In this document: in pieces, positions 38,031-50,900 of the stretch | How positions within the stretch are numbered: the stretch's first letter is position 1 | How the letters are laid out: each line of letters starts with the position of its first letter | Assembly: GCA_002633005.1 (NCBI GenBank) | Contig: NMRA01000370.1 | Coordinates: forward strand, 124,001 to 188,000 | Direction of reading: 5' to 3' | Source of the DNA: Phoronis australis | Lineage: Eukaryota; Animalia; Phoronida | DNA: 64,000 bases | Translations under genes and position numbers: made by a program | Notes under the pieces: generated by a model | What the model was told of the DNA's origin: nothing | Database searches by the model: none | Seen by the model: the letters and a program-made list of their open reading frames with translations, nothing else

Positions 38031-41000
38031 GTTCTCCGTGTTGGTGTGACAGTTCCGAAGTACGTGACCTTTGACAATGCCCATCCCTGGCTTACCCACA
38101 TCCTGAAAAACACGAGAGGGAGGGGCAATACAGTAAGCAGTGTCAACGTGACAGCTGGAACTCATCCCGATTCGAGGCACCTGGTAAGTCGTCAGTAAAT
38201 TTGTACAATTCTGCTATCATCAATAGGCCCGTTTATCTGGAAATTGGATGTAAGGTCCTTTGTATGGAGTTGAAAGATCGGTGAGGGCGTTGGTGATCGC
38301 TTAATGCTTTACAGCGAATAAAACACTTTGTAAAGTAAAACGGTGATTTTTCGAAATATTCCTCGTAAATAGTAAGTTGTTAGGATCATTTTGATCTGAT
38401 GAAATATTATGAAAATTACCCAAAATAGATGCATTGGGTTTTGGTTCTCTTGTACCTGTTGATAATACGTGTTGATGAATGGTTTTAGTTACTCTTAAAG
38501 CAATAGGTCTGTAGTAAGTAATTGATCTGCGACTGTCATGATGTCGGACAAAAAAGCACAGGAACACTAGCAATAGACTAACATCATATGCCTGGATCTA
38601 GCCACTATTTAGAAACCGCTGTCGTCTGGAGTTGAAACCCATACCCGAAGGTTTTTTCATTGCAACGCATCGCTTACAGCCTTGTGCAGTGACACATGTT
38701 CCTGAGGCTATTTTTATCTGAAATATATTTTTAGAGTTTATTTTATTACAGCCTGTTTAGATCATTAGATTGGGACTGAGTGGTGTCTGTTGATGGCATG
38801 TGTGGCTTCGTTCACAGCTGCAAATTTGATTTGTTCGTGATTTGGCTTGGCATAATTTTAGCTGCATTAACTAACTCAGAACAACTCAGAAGGGATGTTG
38901 AAAAAATCGAATCGAAATTGTTCAATTTGCCAGCCCTTATACAATTTCCTCAACTTTTCTGTCTTCAATGAAATTTCTGGCAATCAACTAGTAGCAGTGT
39001 TTCATCAAAGAGAAAAACAAATTGATTCTTTGACGTTTGGCAGTGTTTTGTTTATTATTTTTTCATTATTGTTTATTTTGTGTTCTATTTTGAGTATTCA
39101 TTTATTATCACAATTTGATTCCATCCTATTGTTTTTCTTCTTATCGATTTTGTTTTTTTACCTTTTCAATGTAATTGTCTCATGATTACACATTTACAGC
39201 CTGATGGCAATAATGCCAGTTCTAACACTGAAGTCACCATTGGACATTCCGTCTCGGACACTTCCAGTGAAGCCATTCCAAAACCTAAAAGGTAACATTT
39301 GTTCACATTGTTGCTGCATGCTCTGTTTTATTTTAATGGTTTGATGCATGGTGCCATTTTGCTCTCAGAACTAAATGCGAGAAATAAATTAAGGTACTGT
39401 TTCAGTTAAAGTTGCATTTCGCCAGCCTGATTAGCTGTCGACGTTAAATTCTTAACGAAAGCGGGGTTTAAGAGCATTACCAAACTTATCCGATACTGAA
39501 TTGTTGCTAAATGAACTGACAACTCGCGTCACAGGAGATACGTGCATTCGCCACTTTCAAATTTGTAACTTTAGCGTTGGCCCACCCCAATAAATACTGA
39601 AGTGTTTTTCTTGAGTCACTGATGGTTTTGATGTTCTTGCTGACAACACAAGTCATGTTCTGTCATGTTAAGGAAAATATGAGATCAACGATATGAGCGT
39701 AAATGACTTAATTTACTTTCTTGCTGCTAATTAGTGAGGAAATGTAGTTTTAATAGATTTGGTATTTAGAATTTGAACTTGTATAAGAGTATGCAGAAGT
39801 ATTTTAGCTAAAAGTCCCATCAGTTTACTAGGGAGTCAAACTTATACTTGAGTCCTGAAAGTCTAAATTTTAGTTGCAGTGGGCAGTGAGATTTTAAAGG
39901 GGGTCTGCGTTTAAAGTCCCACTCATGGGATATGACCACCCCAGTACAAAACGGCACCTCTATTGTAAATAACTCCCTCTTCGACAAAATCGTAGATTCG
40001 CCGGTGGTAGGTGTGACTAACCCCTTGTTGATTTTTTACAAATTTTATCGGAAATTTCCTGATTTCCTTGTGTGTTTGTTACCATTGACAAATGCCTGGT
40101 TGATGCAACTGTTTTAAGTATCTCTGCCTAGGAGTAATGAGTTGTTCTTAAAATAAAGGCAGATAACAAATGAACTGTGTGGTCTGATAATGTTGGGTAT
40201 GTTGGACAAGGAGAATTATGCAGTAAAAATGAGCTCTAATTTATGAAATATTGTTATCTTTTTTGTCAGTAAAAATGTTTACCCTCTTGCTTAACAGCAC
40301 TTATTGTGAAGTTCAAGTGCTGAGCCGACCATGGCGCAAGCCGGAAGGAGGCTTGAACAAAGACGTGTTCTCCATGATGCTGTCAGGTTTGATGTCATAC
40401 ATCATGTCTAATCCTGGTGTCACGTTCTTGCGCGTCAAGACCATGTACTCGCCATTCCTTCAACCCATGGCTGTGCTGGAACTCCTCGAGGTATGGCTTC
40501 TTTTCAACATTGCATAAAACAGATGAACCCCTCTCATTACAGTACAGAAAAGTTTCCTCGAATCCAGGGCCCGGTCTCCAATCTTCGTACTCAGACTCAT
40601 ACTCATTCTCGAGATTTCATACTCAAAATCGTGCTCACTGGAGTCGTACTCAAAAAAGCGTATCTAATGTCGTATTTCGAGTAGACTCCAAACGTACTCA
40701 AATCTGACACTCATACTCGAGTTGCTATGGAACTCTTTATGATGTGAAATGCAAAATCACGCAAAGCCGCGCTGATTCATCGCTCCCTATTAGAATAGAC
40801 CACCCCAGGAACTAGGCCTACATTATCGTCTGCTGTCGCTACAACTACAAGAGTATGTCTATAACGTGGAAATCTGAGTGTTCTGTAACTGTTATTCATT
40901 TTATAGTTTCAATAAATATATTCTTATGCCATGTCTTTGATACATTTGGCAATTATTAAGCTTTACTTCTCGAGTTCCTCACCCAGTCCCAAAAATGTCT

Positions 41001-44000
41001 TAAGAAATTTGTAACAGCTTATCACATCACATCTCTGTTGCTAATTCAGTCTTGACATAAAACCCATTGCTGTGTAGGCCTACGTTGATGTCAAACTTTG
41101 ATACTGGATCTTTGTATTTTACCGGGATGTATCAAGTGAGTTGACATTTAGCACGTGAGTTAAAAAACAATACTTGTGCAGGCATTCATAGTTCACCAGT
41201 GGCAATGAACGGGACGAGACGTCTACTTAGAAATCGGCAAACAAAATCAGTAATTCCATTTGGGGATTGAGGAATTATAGATGACTAAGTTATGATGAGA
41301 AATGTACCTGACAGGGAAGCGAACTTTTTTTAACTTCCCTCCCCTCCTCGTCTTTTGGAAACCCTACAAAACGTCGGCACACATACCGAAATAAAGGCAG
41401 CACAAACTTCTCACACGACTTTTCTCACAACTGCTTTCGACGCTTGTTATTACTCGCCGACAAGGGGATTACAATGCGCCTGTTGCCAGGAACTGTAGAG
41501 GTAGAATGGCGGTCATAACATACAGTGATACGGCGGGTTAATTAGGTGAAGAATAAGAAGATTTAAGATGAAAACTATTATCTCTGAACTGAAATTGAAG
41601 TGCTGAGATACGGTAAGAGGACTTATGTTTTTTAATTTGCTGTGTTTCTTGGTTCCCTTTCTATATTTTGTTCTCTGGCTCGTATTTATTTTCGAGTACG
41701 ATTTCAAGCACACTGCCATACCAAACTTGAAATTTGAGCATAGACTCCGAATTTTTAATCAAAATCGTACTCGAAATATAGATGAGATACACTTCAGTTC
41801 GAGTACACTCGAAAACTGAGTTCGTGCTCGAAATTTCGAGTACAGATTTTTCGAGTATGACATTGAATACACCAAAGCTGAGTCTGTACTCGAGTTGAGT
41901 ATGAAGTGTGAGTTTGAGCATGATTCGAGTCTGAGTACGGAGATTGGAGACCGGGCCCTGACCTAAATAATTGTCGAAATTTTGACGTTGCCAATTTCAA
42001 AAGTTCACTGCTTTATTCAAAATTCTCAAAATTTCATCATATGTTTGTGATATCCGTACAATATTAATTCTCCAATTAATTACAGTTTATTCGTGTTTAC
42101 TTTTGTTGAAAATAAAATTTCACTGTTTTACTGTATTGCTTTGAATTGAAAAAATGGCCATATGTCAATGGGTTGATGCGGAAAGCCATGCCACACTCCG
42201 TGATGACATTCAACTTCAATGCATGCTTTAGCAGTGTTAAGATCACTGATTAGGGATGGTATAAATAAGTTAGGTCACCCTATTATGTTGCTCGGGCAGG
42301 TGACAGGAGAGACGAGTACAAATCAACCAAGGAATAGCAGTTATATTGAGTTGTATTGAGTGTTTTTCTCTTTTCTTCTGTTGCAGTTAATCGATTGTTG
42401 CAATTCAAACACTGAACAAGTTCAATTTTCAAAGACGGATTTAGTATTTTTAGTCTGCAGTGTCTAAAATGGGTGGGGAAGAGTGTTGCCACCAACAGGC
42501 AGTAGTTATCAATGACACCTATCTATGTTCTTTAACTCCCAAGTCTTTAATAAAAAGTCCAGGAGCTGTGGTAAGTGGCTATTATAATCCCAACTAGTAA
42601 GAACCATTCAGAGTTGCATGGTGGGAAATGTGAGGTAGAGCGCTGTGGAAGACTGACTCCGAAATACCAGTTTCACTCTCAGATTTTGCAGTAATTAGTG
42701 TGTCCATTTACAAGTCTCTATGGAAATCCTGATATTACATCACAGCCACATTGTAGTTTGAACAATCACAAAATAATGTCAATCCCAGTTGAAGTTGTGT
42801 ATGATTATCGGACCACTGACTACACAGTTTGATTGTCAATTCAGCAATGTGAATTTCACCCTTCATGATTGACTACACGCATTTACTAATAACGTGTTAA
42901 ACTGGTAACAGGCCTTCTTTCAAGCAAGTCTCATTGATCGCCAAACTATTTTCCACACTCATAAGTTTCAGCAATAACTTCTCGTCTAGTCCCATTGTCT
43001 AATTCGAACAGGAGACGTCCAACACTCGTTGGCATACAACACCAAAATGAGACACGAATCACAGCAGCTATTTATTCTCTGTACTTTGACCTTCCTTGGT
43101 CATCTGAGGAGTGACTAAAATGCTAGGAGAGGCAACAGAGGCCACCGGGACGTAGCTGAGAAAATAATGCAAAAGTAACACAATGGGACATCAAGCAATG
43201 CATACACAAGTGCGCTACTAACATATTATTGTTGTCTGTTATTGTGCCCACCTGAGTATACAGTTGTTCCAGGTGTTGGAGAAACTCAAGTGCGTTCACT
43301 GTGTCTACCTCAAGCCAACAAACCGATGCACACTCTTCTCTCCATGCCAGTCACCCAAGATAAGTAAGTTATTTGAATGCCCTGCCTTTACTGGGGCTCA
43401 CTCACTGTGACTGCTATGCTGGGACACGTGTTCTGCGTAGCATTCCATGGACCAAGTTTCTTGCAACGAAAGTGAGATGACGCAAAACTGGGCTCGGAGG
43501 AGTAAGAAACACGTCACTGCAATCCACAGTTGTCTATCAATCCGTCATGATGAGTTGTCTCCCAGTTCGTGCGCCAATTAGCTAATAAGATTTTGATGTT
43601 GAAGATAGTTCTGCGTATCAATCAGCCAGATCACAAAGCTCTGTGACACAAACCACAAACACACATGATATCCCCTAAGCCCTTTTCTGTGATGTATGTA
43701 CTAAACTCTGTCAATTTTGTAAAGGAAAGTTTTCAAAAAAATTTAATCCAAACCCCGCCTGATTGCACTGACGTCACATGACGTCAATATATTTTATTAA
43801 TCCTGCACTTTTTCACCTTATATCGTCGTACTCTTCATTAATTTAATACTACTCTTTAAAAGGATACTTAACCCTGTTTTGGTGACGTCATTAAGACAAC
43901 CGATCCATGTTCAGTTACCTGTTAATGCGTCATTGGTGTCAGTCGTGAAAGATAAAAGCAAGAATCGACTAAAAACTCAAACCCCTTATTTCGCAAATTG

Positions 44001-44724
44001 CACGGTATGGTCTTTAGTGAGTGGTCTTTTCCCATATTTGCTGTGCAATTCGCTAAAAGCATAGGTGACGCTTGCACATTTAGAAGCCTTTGAAAGGAGT
44101 TTTCAAAATTTCCTCCAAACTTTTAAGGGTTGCCGAGGGTTACGGAGCATAATTTTGTTTCAGAGAACTGGATGGGAAAGTTGTTTTTGGTATTCTGTTT
44201 GGAGGCCAAAACCACATTTGGTATCCTTTTAAGTTGTGAATCGTCTTGTCTCGACCATTATTAAAGATTACCCAGTACTAGAAGTAATTCTGTACTTATT
44301 TTGCACAAAAACAATTTCCAAAATGGTAATTTTTCATTTTTTCTGTGCTGATTACTTTACTGCTATGATGAAGAATTTACCAAAATTGTTTTGTGACTTC
44401 TGCTCGGTACTGTGGAGAATTTAGAAATTGAAAACAGGTGAATTTCAATTGTCAGTCATATTGTTTGCCAAATAAGTGAAGAATCAACAGACGATACAAT
44501 TTAGTTTGTGGCGTTCAAAAGCTCATGCCTCAATTCAAATTCTAATTTGGGTGCTCTTTTATCCCCCAAACATATTTGCTATGAGTTACATAGGAAACGT
44601 GCAAAGTTAATAGTTGTGAACTTATTTTTCAGGCGAACAGTTTACGCATGTCAATCAAACTGCCTACATCCCAGCTGTAGACTGCATCCTCAAGATGGCA
44701 CAGTTTTTAGACAAGATCAGCTAA
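38031..44724 (+). CDS. GTF3C1: General transcription factor 3C polypeptide 1 (TFIIIC B-box-binding subunit), last five coding exons, 5'-partial
   Basis: GT-AG exons 38031-38183, 39200-39291, 40298-40490, 43273-43363 and 44633-44724 splice in frame (phases 0,2,0,1). They give VLRVGVTVPKYVTFDNAHPWL...SRPWRKPEGGLNKDVFSMMLSGLMSYIMSNPGV...FLQPMAVLELLE|VLEKLKCV..TLFS..AYIPAVDCILKMAQF..*. This is collinear with the vertebrate GTF3C1 C-terminus as recalled (VLEVGG..AWPWL; GRPWRVVDGHLN..HIMTRPGI..LQPVAVLELLQGLESLGCI..SLFS..FYEPTLDC). Confidence 0.88.
40565..41960. mobile_element. ~1.4-kb non-autonomous DNA transposon with long TIRs, in a GTF3C1 intron
   Basis: CAGGGCCCGGTCTCCAATCTTCGTACTCAGACTC ... 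GAGTCTGAGTACGGAGATTGGAGACCGGGCCCTG, with imperfect subterminal arms rich in GTACTC(G)A/TCGAGTA motifs. No transposase ORF; TSD unclear. Confidence 0.85.
43769..43890. promoter_or_regulatory. Cluster of three perfect CRE palindromes (TGACGTCA)
   Basis: TGACGTCA at 43769-43776, 43779-43786 and 43883-43890, in the last GTF3C1 intron. Function unproven. Confidence 0.35.
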
Positions 44725-45329
44725 CCACCAAAATGTATAGTGAAATCTCTCCAGTTTCAACCAAACATGATTGCAAACTTAATTGTTTTATTTATGTTTT
44801 CAAAACCTTACAACTGTCGGACTTGTGACAGTCCAGTTTTTCAAAACGTGTAAAACTTAAGCATTTATTTGGTGCTACTTGTCTTTTGAGAAAAAAATGA
44901 ACAAATGAAATTTCACTTGATCAGAGATTTTAATGGCATACTGTTTCTGTTTGAAATAATGCCAAGTGCAGCATTTTTAAATTGCAAATTTAAAACATGG
45001 GCCAGTGAGAAGAGTAGTGTATATCAAAACATGGACTCAAGAGTGAAAGTGTTTAAATTTTGGGACAGACATTGTCTAGAATGACTACACAGTTTTAGTC
45101 ATCAAAAATATACTGTGTTGCCATACAAGGAAATCTTAAAATTGTACTATGTTTATCAAACCTCCCGTGGTCGTCTGAGAACATTCATTTTGTTGTAATT
45201 AGAGTTCACTGTTGTGAACAAATTAACTTGTACACAACCCAGTTGACTTGGGACCAATGTGGAATGGAGCGTATTAAGCGAGAAATGCTTTAAACTTAAA
45301 CGACAAGCAGCACCAAAGATATGCGATAC

Positions 45330-45423
45330 TCTGATATAACATGCCCGTATTTTGAGAACCAGTTTGATGCCCGTTATTCAGTGGAGAAAACTGGTTCTCA
45401 AAATTCGGGCACGTTATGTCAGA
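45330..45423. repeat. ~94-bp hairpin element, copy 2, in the probable GTF3C1 3' UTR
   Basis: TCTGATATAACATGCCCGTATTTTGAGAACCAGTTT-loop-AAACTGGTTCTCAAAATTCGGGCACGTTATGTCAGA, with about 36-bp near-perfect arms. Confidence 0.8.
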
Positions 45424-46239
45424 CCATTACCCAAGGTATGCTGTACTCTATTTCAAGTTCTGTACTGTAGCTATTGTCACACGATGTCCTGAAAAAATGC
45501 AGCGATTCACCGTCATTGTTATAACATTCAGGACTTTGAATGACCAGTGGCAAAACAGATGAAAATTTTCCAAGTGACGTATCGTTCCACAAATAGGCTT
45601 GTGATAGAAATATTATTGTGCTGTAAAATTTAACTGAAATAAACCTTTTTGCATGAATGAAGCCAAAATAATGGAAAAACAGGAAACTGGAAATCAAGTA
45701 AGAGAAAATCAAAACCAAACAGAGGAAATCCTCTTAAAAGAAGAAAAATTCCAAGCCCTGAACACAGTTATGAAAGGAAGATAAAAAGAAGGTAATTTTG
45801 TCCTAAATTGGTGAAAATTTATCATATCTGCAGAATTACCAATAGCTTCAATTTTCACAAGGCACGATTCCCAGACCAGTTCAGATTTACGCGTGTTCTT
45901 CAAAAACTGAGATTCTTATCAGATGTACAGTAGCTCTTCCCTACAATTATTTCGGTTTTTACATAATTCATTGTTTATTTTTGCATGGGAAATTCTGGCG
46001 TGAAACAAATTATGTTTCCGTTTTAGACGCTGGTCTCCACTCTTTTTGACAATGTTCTTAAAAGAGATGTTGTATAATTAGAACCTCAACTTTTGTAAAC
46101 ATGATTAACTTATTAGTGTTTCCACTGTGTACTTATATTAGGCTTTTGAAGTATCATAAAGCTTCTAATAGTAGCCAGTTGATTTATTTTTTTCAGACAT
46201 GCTCCAGACCTGACCTCTATTAGAGGGAGGTGTTTATAG

Positions 46240-46749
46240 CAGGGCTTGGAATGTCCAATGAAGAAAAACGCGGAAATTTTTACGGCCCAAAACATGCGCG
46301 CTGTAGTCCATTAGACGATGTGGAGCTTTTGCCAACAAAAATCGGGAGGACTAAAAAAAATATAAAAAAATAAATAAAAAAAACGGTACCACCTCCAGGA
46401 CCGTGCTTCTGTGTCTTTTTAGCTCGTCCGTCCACTCCACTCCCACCTCCACACATTTTTGGCTGCAGAGTCATAGCGGTTTCCAGTCACACGAGACGCC
46501 ATTGAAAAATCCACCACGCTATCCCAGATGCCCCGGCAATGTTGACAATTTACGTTCCTCCGAAACATAAAGAGCAACTTCCGCTTTTTGATTTTGAAAG
46601 TCGTCGGCAACGCCGCGGTAAGAAAGGAATTTGCCGTGGAAATTTTATATTGAATCCAATTTTTTTTACGCGGAAATATAATAAAATACGCGGACAGAAC
46701 ATTTGAAAAAAGCGGAAATCCGCGTTTCCGTGGAAAATTCCAAGCCTTG
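46240..46749. mobile_element. hAT-like MITE, copy A, with a 6-bp TSD
   Basis: TTATAG|CAGGGCTTGGAAT ... ATTCCAAGCCTTG|TTATAG. Internal sequence is the reverse complement of 49133-49582. Confidence 0.8.
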
Positions 46750-47934
46750 TTATAGGAGACCCGGTTTTATTTATTTCGGTCCTATGGCAGGCCAACACAT
46801 GGTATCGTACAATTGCAAATGTAAAAAATCAACTTTGCCAATCGTCCGCTCCAAGATCGTTTCATCTTATTACATGATCTTATGAAAAGGCCTCTTAGAG
46901 ACCCGGCAGTTATTAGTTTAAACGCACCTATCAGAGACCTGGCTTCTTTGCTTTACGAGATTAGAGTATTTGTGTTATGTATGCATTTCAGAGTGGTATG
47001 GTCATTAGTTTTGATTTGAAGATTCGTTTTGATATGCACAACCTCCCAGTTTATTTGAAAAATTAATTGCTGTAATCATTGTCTATTCTCACATGCTCTC
47101 TTCATTAATAAACTAATAAATTAACTATTATAACTTGTTACCAATTCTGGTTTGTGAAAACTTTTAATCTAATTAATATTAGGAAAGGGTCATGTGAACA
47201 CTTTGTTACCATTTTTCATTCATTCAAAGTAATACTCCCACAGAGAAAAATAAACGTTTTTGAAGTTACGTTTAGTATAGCGAAATCACTTGCTGAAAGA
47301 CTACAATTAATGGATGGTAGTAGAAATTTCGGCTTGGTCTGCCAGGTCTTGTCGATGGCTGGAGTATGTGGAGTATTTTCCAAATTTGGACATTTTTCTT
47401 ACATTAAATAAGCTAGGAATTAGTATTCAGGCCCTTTCGAGAACATTGGCATGTCCCAAAATTCCTTGGTGAAAGGTGTAGTTGGTTTGTGTAATGAAGT
47501 CTCGTATTCAAATAACATGTTTAAGTTGATAGGTGAAAGTAAATCATACTGAGGCGAGTAACCCAGATACACAAGCATGCAAGGCTTAATTCACAATTGT
47601 TTATTTCCTGATCAAAATTTTTGGAAACATGAAATAGAGTGCACTCCTGCAGCTGTGCATTCTACTGCACCATAATCCTGAGGTGTCCAGGGATGTTTTC
47701 AAAACTGCATAACTATAATTATGTTCATAGTAAAAGCACATGGTTCTAAATCTGGACGAGATGTTTGGAGATTTCAGGAGATTCTAGTCTCGGGCACTAC
47801 ATAACGGACACTAGTCAGACAGTGGACACCCCTGTGCGACGCAACACCGTGACTTTGTGAGCGCTATTTAAAGTGCTGCACCAAAAACAAGACGTATTCT
47901 CCCAACAACGGAACTGTGCGATTCTCCTTTAATT

Positions 47935-50900
47935 TCATGAATCCGCACCTTCATCTTCTTCCACAACGTCACCTTTGACGTTGTCAACTTTGTCATCACT
48001 GCCGTCCGTCACGTTAAGCGTTTTCTGATATGCCGCTGACGTGTCGATCTTCATTACCTCTCGTAACGCCATCGTGGCATATGTCGACGGGGGAAGAGAG
48101 AATTCCATCTTCACTGCTTGGTACTTGCCATCTGGAAAAGAGATTAAGGTTTTGTAAGCCCTTATTGACAACTCTTATTTATTTAGCCAAATATCTACTA
48201 ATTTATAGATTTTAACTCAATAAAAGTACATATTTTTTGAAATTAGAAAGCCCGTAGAATTTGATTTGTCACTTTATACAAACCTGCCATTAATTGGGTA
48301 AGTGACCATGTCTTTCAAGGAAAATTTAGCAATGCTCACCAGGCACATCAACGGGTTCAGGTTCGTTGTTCATAATGTCACGGTCGCTTCTCACCAGGGG
48401 GATGCTGTGATCGTTGTAGCGGAAAATTTGCCACGACACATGTCTTGGCCTTACGATGATTCGCCTATAGTCGCCGGGTAACGAGAAGTCTCTGGAAGAT
48501 GAACAACACAAATCAGAATTAGGTATCTTTCAATGACTGACTATCAAGATGATAATAGCTAACGTACTATTATTAAGTGAATTGGCAGTTCTTAACATAA
48601 AATAAACAGATATTTATTTGTTAAGGTTAATTGCAACCCTGATTAAAATTATGTCTTTTTCTTACAATATCTACGTAACTAGCGACCATCAGTTCATAAA
48701 GTATATCTTTTCAGAAACTAGGAATCTAGAAAAATCTATTCATGTCATTCACAACACTGTGCCATTCTCGTGGTCACGTGACCATACGTTTTAAGCATAA
48801 TGTCATTTTTGAAAGGTACATTGATATTGAGAAAGTCCTTAAACCAGCATTCATCAAATTGCCTGTACTAAAACTTTCATAAAAATGCTCAAAAACCATG
48901 TGTGGTATTTTACATAGTAATTGCCAATGTCTTTTTTGTGTAACCAAGCTACGTGTAACGTTAAAGTGGTGTGTTGTACTCTATGGTACACTACACAATT
49001 TTTCATAACGTGGAATTACAAAATCCCTGTTTGAAGAAAATAAGCATTAATTAATACGCGTGAAGTTCTGGGAATGAAAGGGGAATGTTCCGACATGGAA
49101 ACCAGTGTTATGAGGTCACTCTTGCTAAAATTCAGGGCTTGGAATTTTACCTGGAAACGGGGATTTCCGCTTTTTTCAAATGTTCTGTCCGCGCATTTTA
49201 TTATATTTCCGCGTAAAAAAAAATCGGATTTGATATAAAATTTCCGCGGCAAATTCCTTTCTTACCGCGGTGTTGCCGACGACGTTCACCTCGAAAAGCG
49301 GAAGTTGCTCTTTCTGTTTCGGAGGAACGTAAATTGTCAAAATTGCCGGGGCATCTGGGATAGCGTGGTGGGATTTTCAAATGTGTGGGGGTGGGAGTGG
49401 AGGAGTGGATGTATGAGATAAAAAGACGCAGACGCATGCTACTGATGGTGCTAACGTTTTTTTTTAGTCCTACCAATTTTTGTCGGCGAAAGGTTCACAT
49501 TGACTATTTCAAGGATGGGTAGCGCGCATGTTTTGGGCCGTGAAAGTTTCCGCGTTTTTGTCATTGGTCATCCCAAGCCCTGAAAATTAAACAAAAGCTA
49601 AGGACTGAGCAAAGAGTGTTCTCAATCAATAAAACTGCTTACAAAGGTTAAACTGCACAAGAGATCGTTATAGATTTTTAAAAGCTAATATTGCCCCTAC
49701 CAAATCCTAAATTTAATCCTTGGACAATATGCGCAACCAGAACATTTAATACAAGGAAACCCTGTACTGCAATATTTTAATTTGTGTTTTCAAACAATTC
49801 TTAAAAGAAAAAAGAAAAAAATATCCACATACAAAGGCTCTATTTAATGTAAGAATTATAAAAATCTGTAATTATTCTTCAGCTATAATAAATACTAAAA
49901 CACAAAATTTGCTTTACTTGATTTTATGCTTCATTTCAAGGTCCAGCCCAGCATCCGAGATCATCTGCTTGTACCAATCTGCCACTGACATCAATGCAAG
50001 AAAACAGTTTGTACATTAGAGTGCAAAGTGAATTTTCATTCAAAGGTGTTAAACCACACTTTACTTCCTTGAGAGTCACTCACTTTTTATAAGTCGACAG
50101 TTCCTGAAGAGCATTTCTGCTTGTCATTTGAGGGACAAATTTTCAACGACATAATCATGGAAAACTGACAAATCAGATTCATCCATAAGGAAGTGTAACA
50201 TGTGCCGTATTGTCACCAAAAGAGCACGAGCCGTCAAGTCCTGCATGACTACATTGAAAATGACAAACATGACTTGATATTTGAAGTTACTGTTAAAGGA
50301 GCAATAAAACTGGGCATTCCAACACAAAAATTGATTTAGTTCTTGTTGCCAACTTAGATTATAAAAGTTATTTAAGCTTGAAAAGACCCAACACGTCGTT
50401 ACTTCTTGAGAACAAGTCTATCTGCCGTGACAAGCAACTTAAAACATGGTGGATTAGTTTCCGTCGCTATGGTAGCATGCCCATGTGGCAAATTCCAGGC
50501 ATTTTTTGTCAACAACTCAAACAAAAGATAACTATGCAATGACATTGTTTTGATAGTGTACAAATACCCGTGAAGAAACCCGCTTTTTTCCATTAAACCT
50601 GGTTTACAGTACAAGACATAAGTAATCAGACAAAATACCATTTCCACGTCAGGACAGTTAATTCTGTTAACAGCAAAAAATGACTGGTAATAACTATTAG
50701 AAAGGCAAAATTATAATTAAAGAAGGCTTGGCCACCTTATCCCCCAATCATTCTTGGTCATCAGGGGAGACTACTCTGGTGATGAATTCCTCTTCTGCCT
50801 ATCTGTCATGACCGGGAATTCCAGGTCATTTTGTCTGAATACTTTTGGTGAGTACTGTAAGTTTATGATTTTGATGTTTAAGTTTTCAATATGAATCTTG

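Noticed and set aside
38031-38183. Alternative frame with an in-frame TGA among Cys codons, a possible selenoprotein
   Set aside because: The other frame matches GTF3C1 and splices in phase, and no SECIS was identified.
42200-42250. GTGATGA...CTGA as a possible intronic C/D snoRNA (also ATGATGA near 41293 and 43547)
   Set aside because: Too short or lacking a D box and terminal stem, and no recognisable rRNA antisense element.
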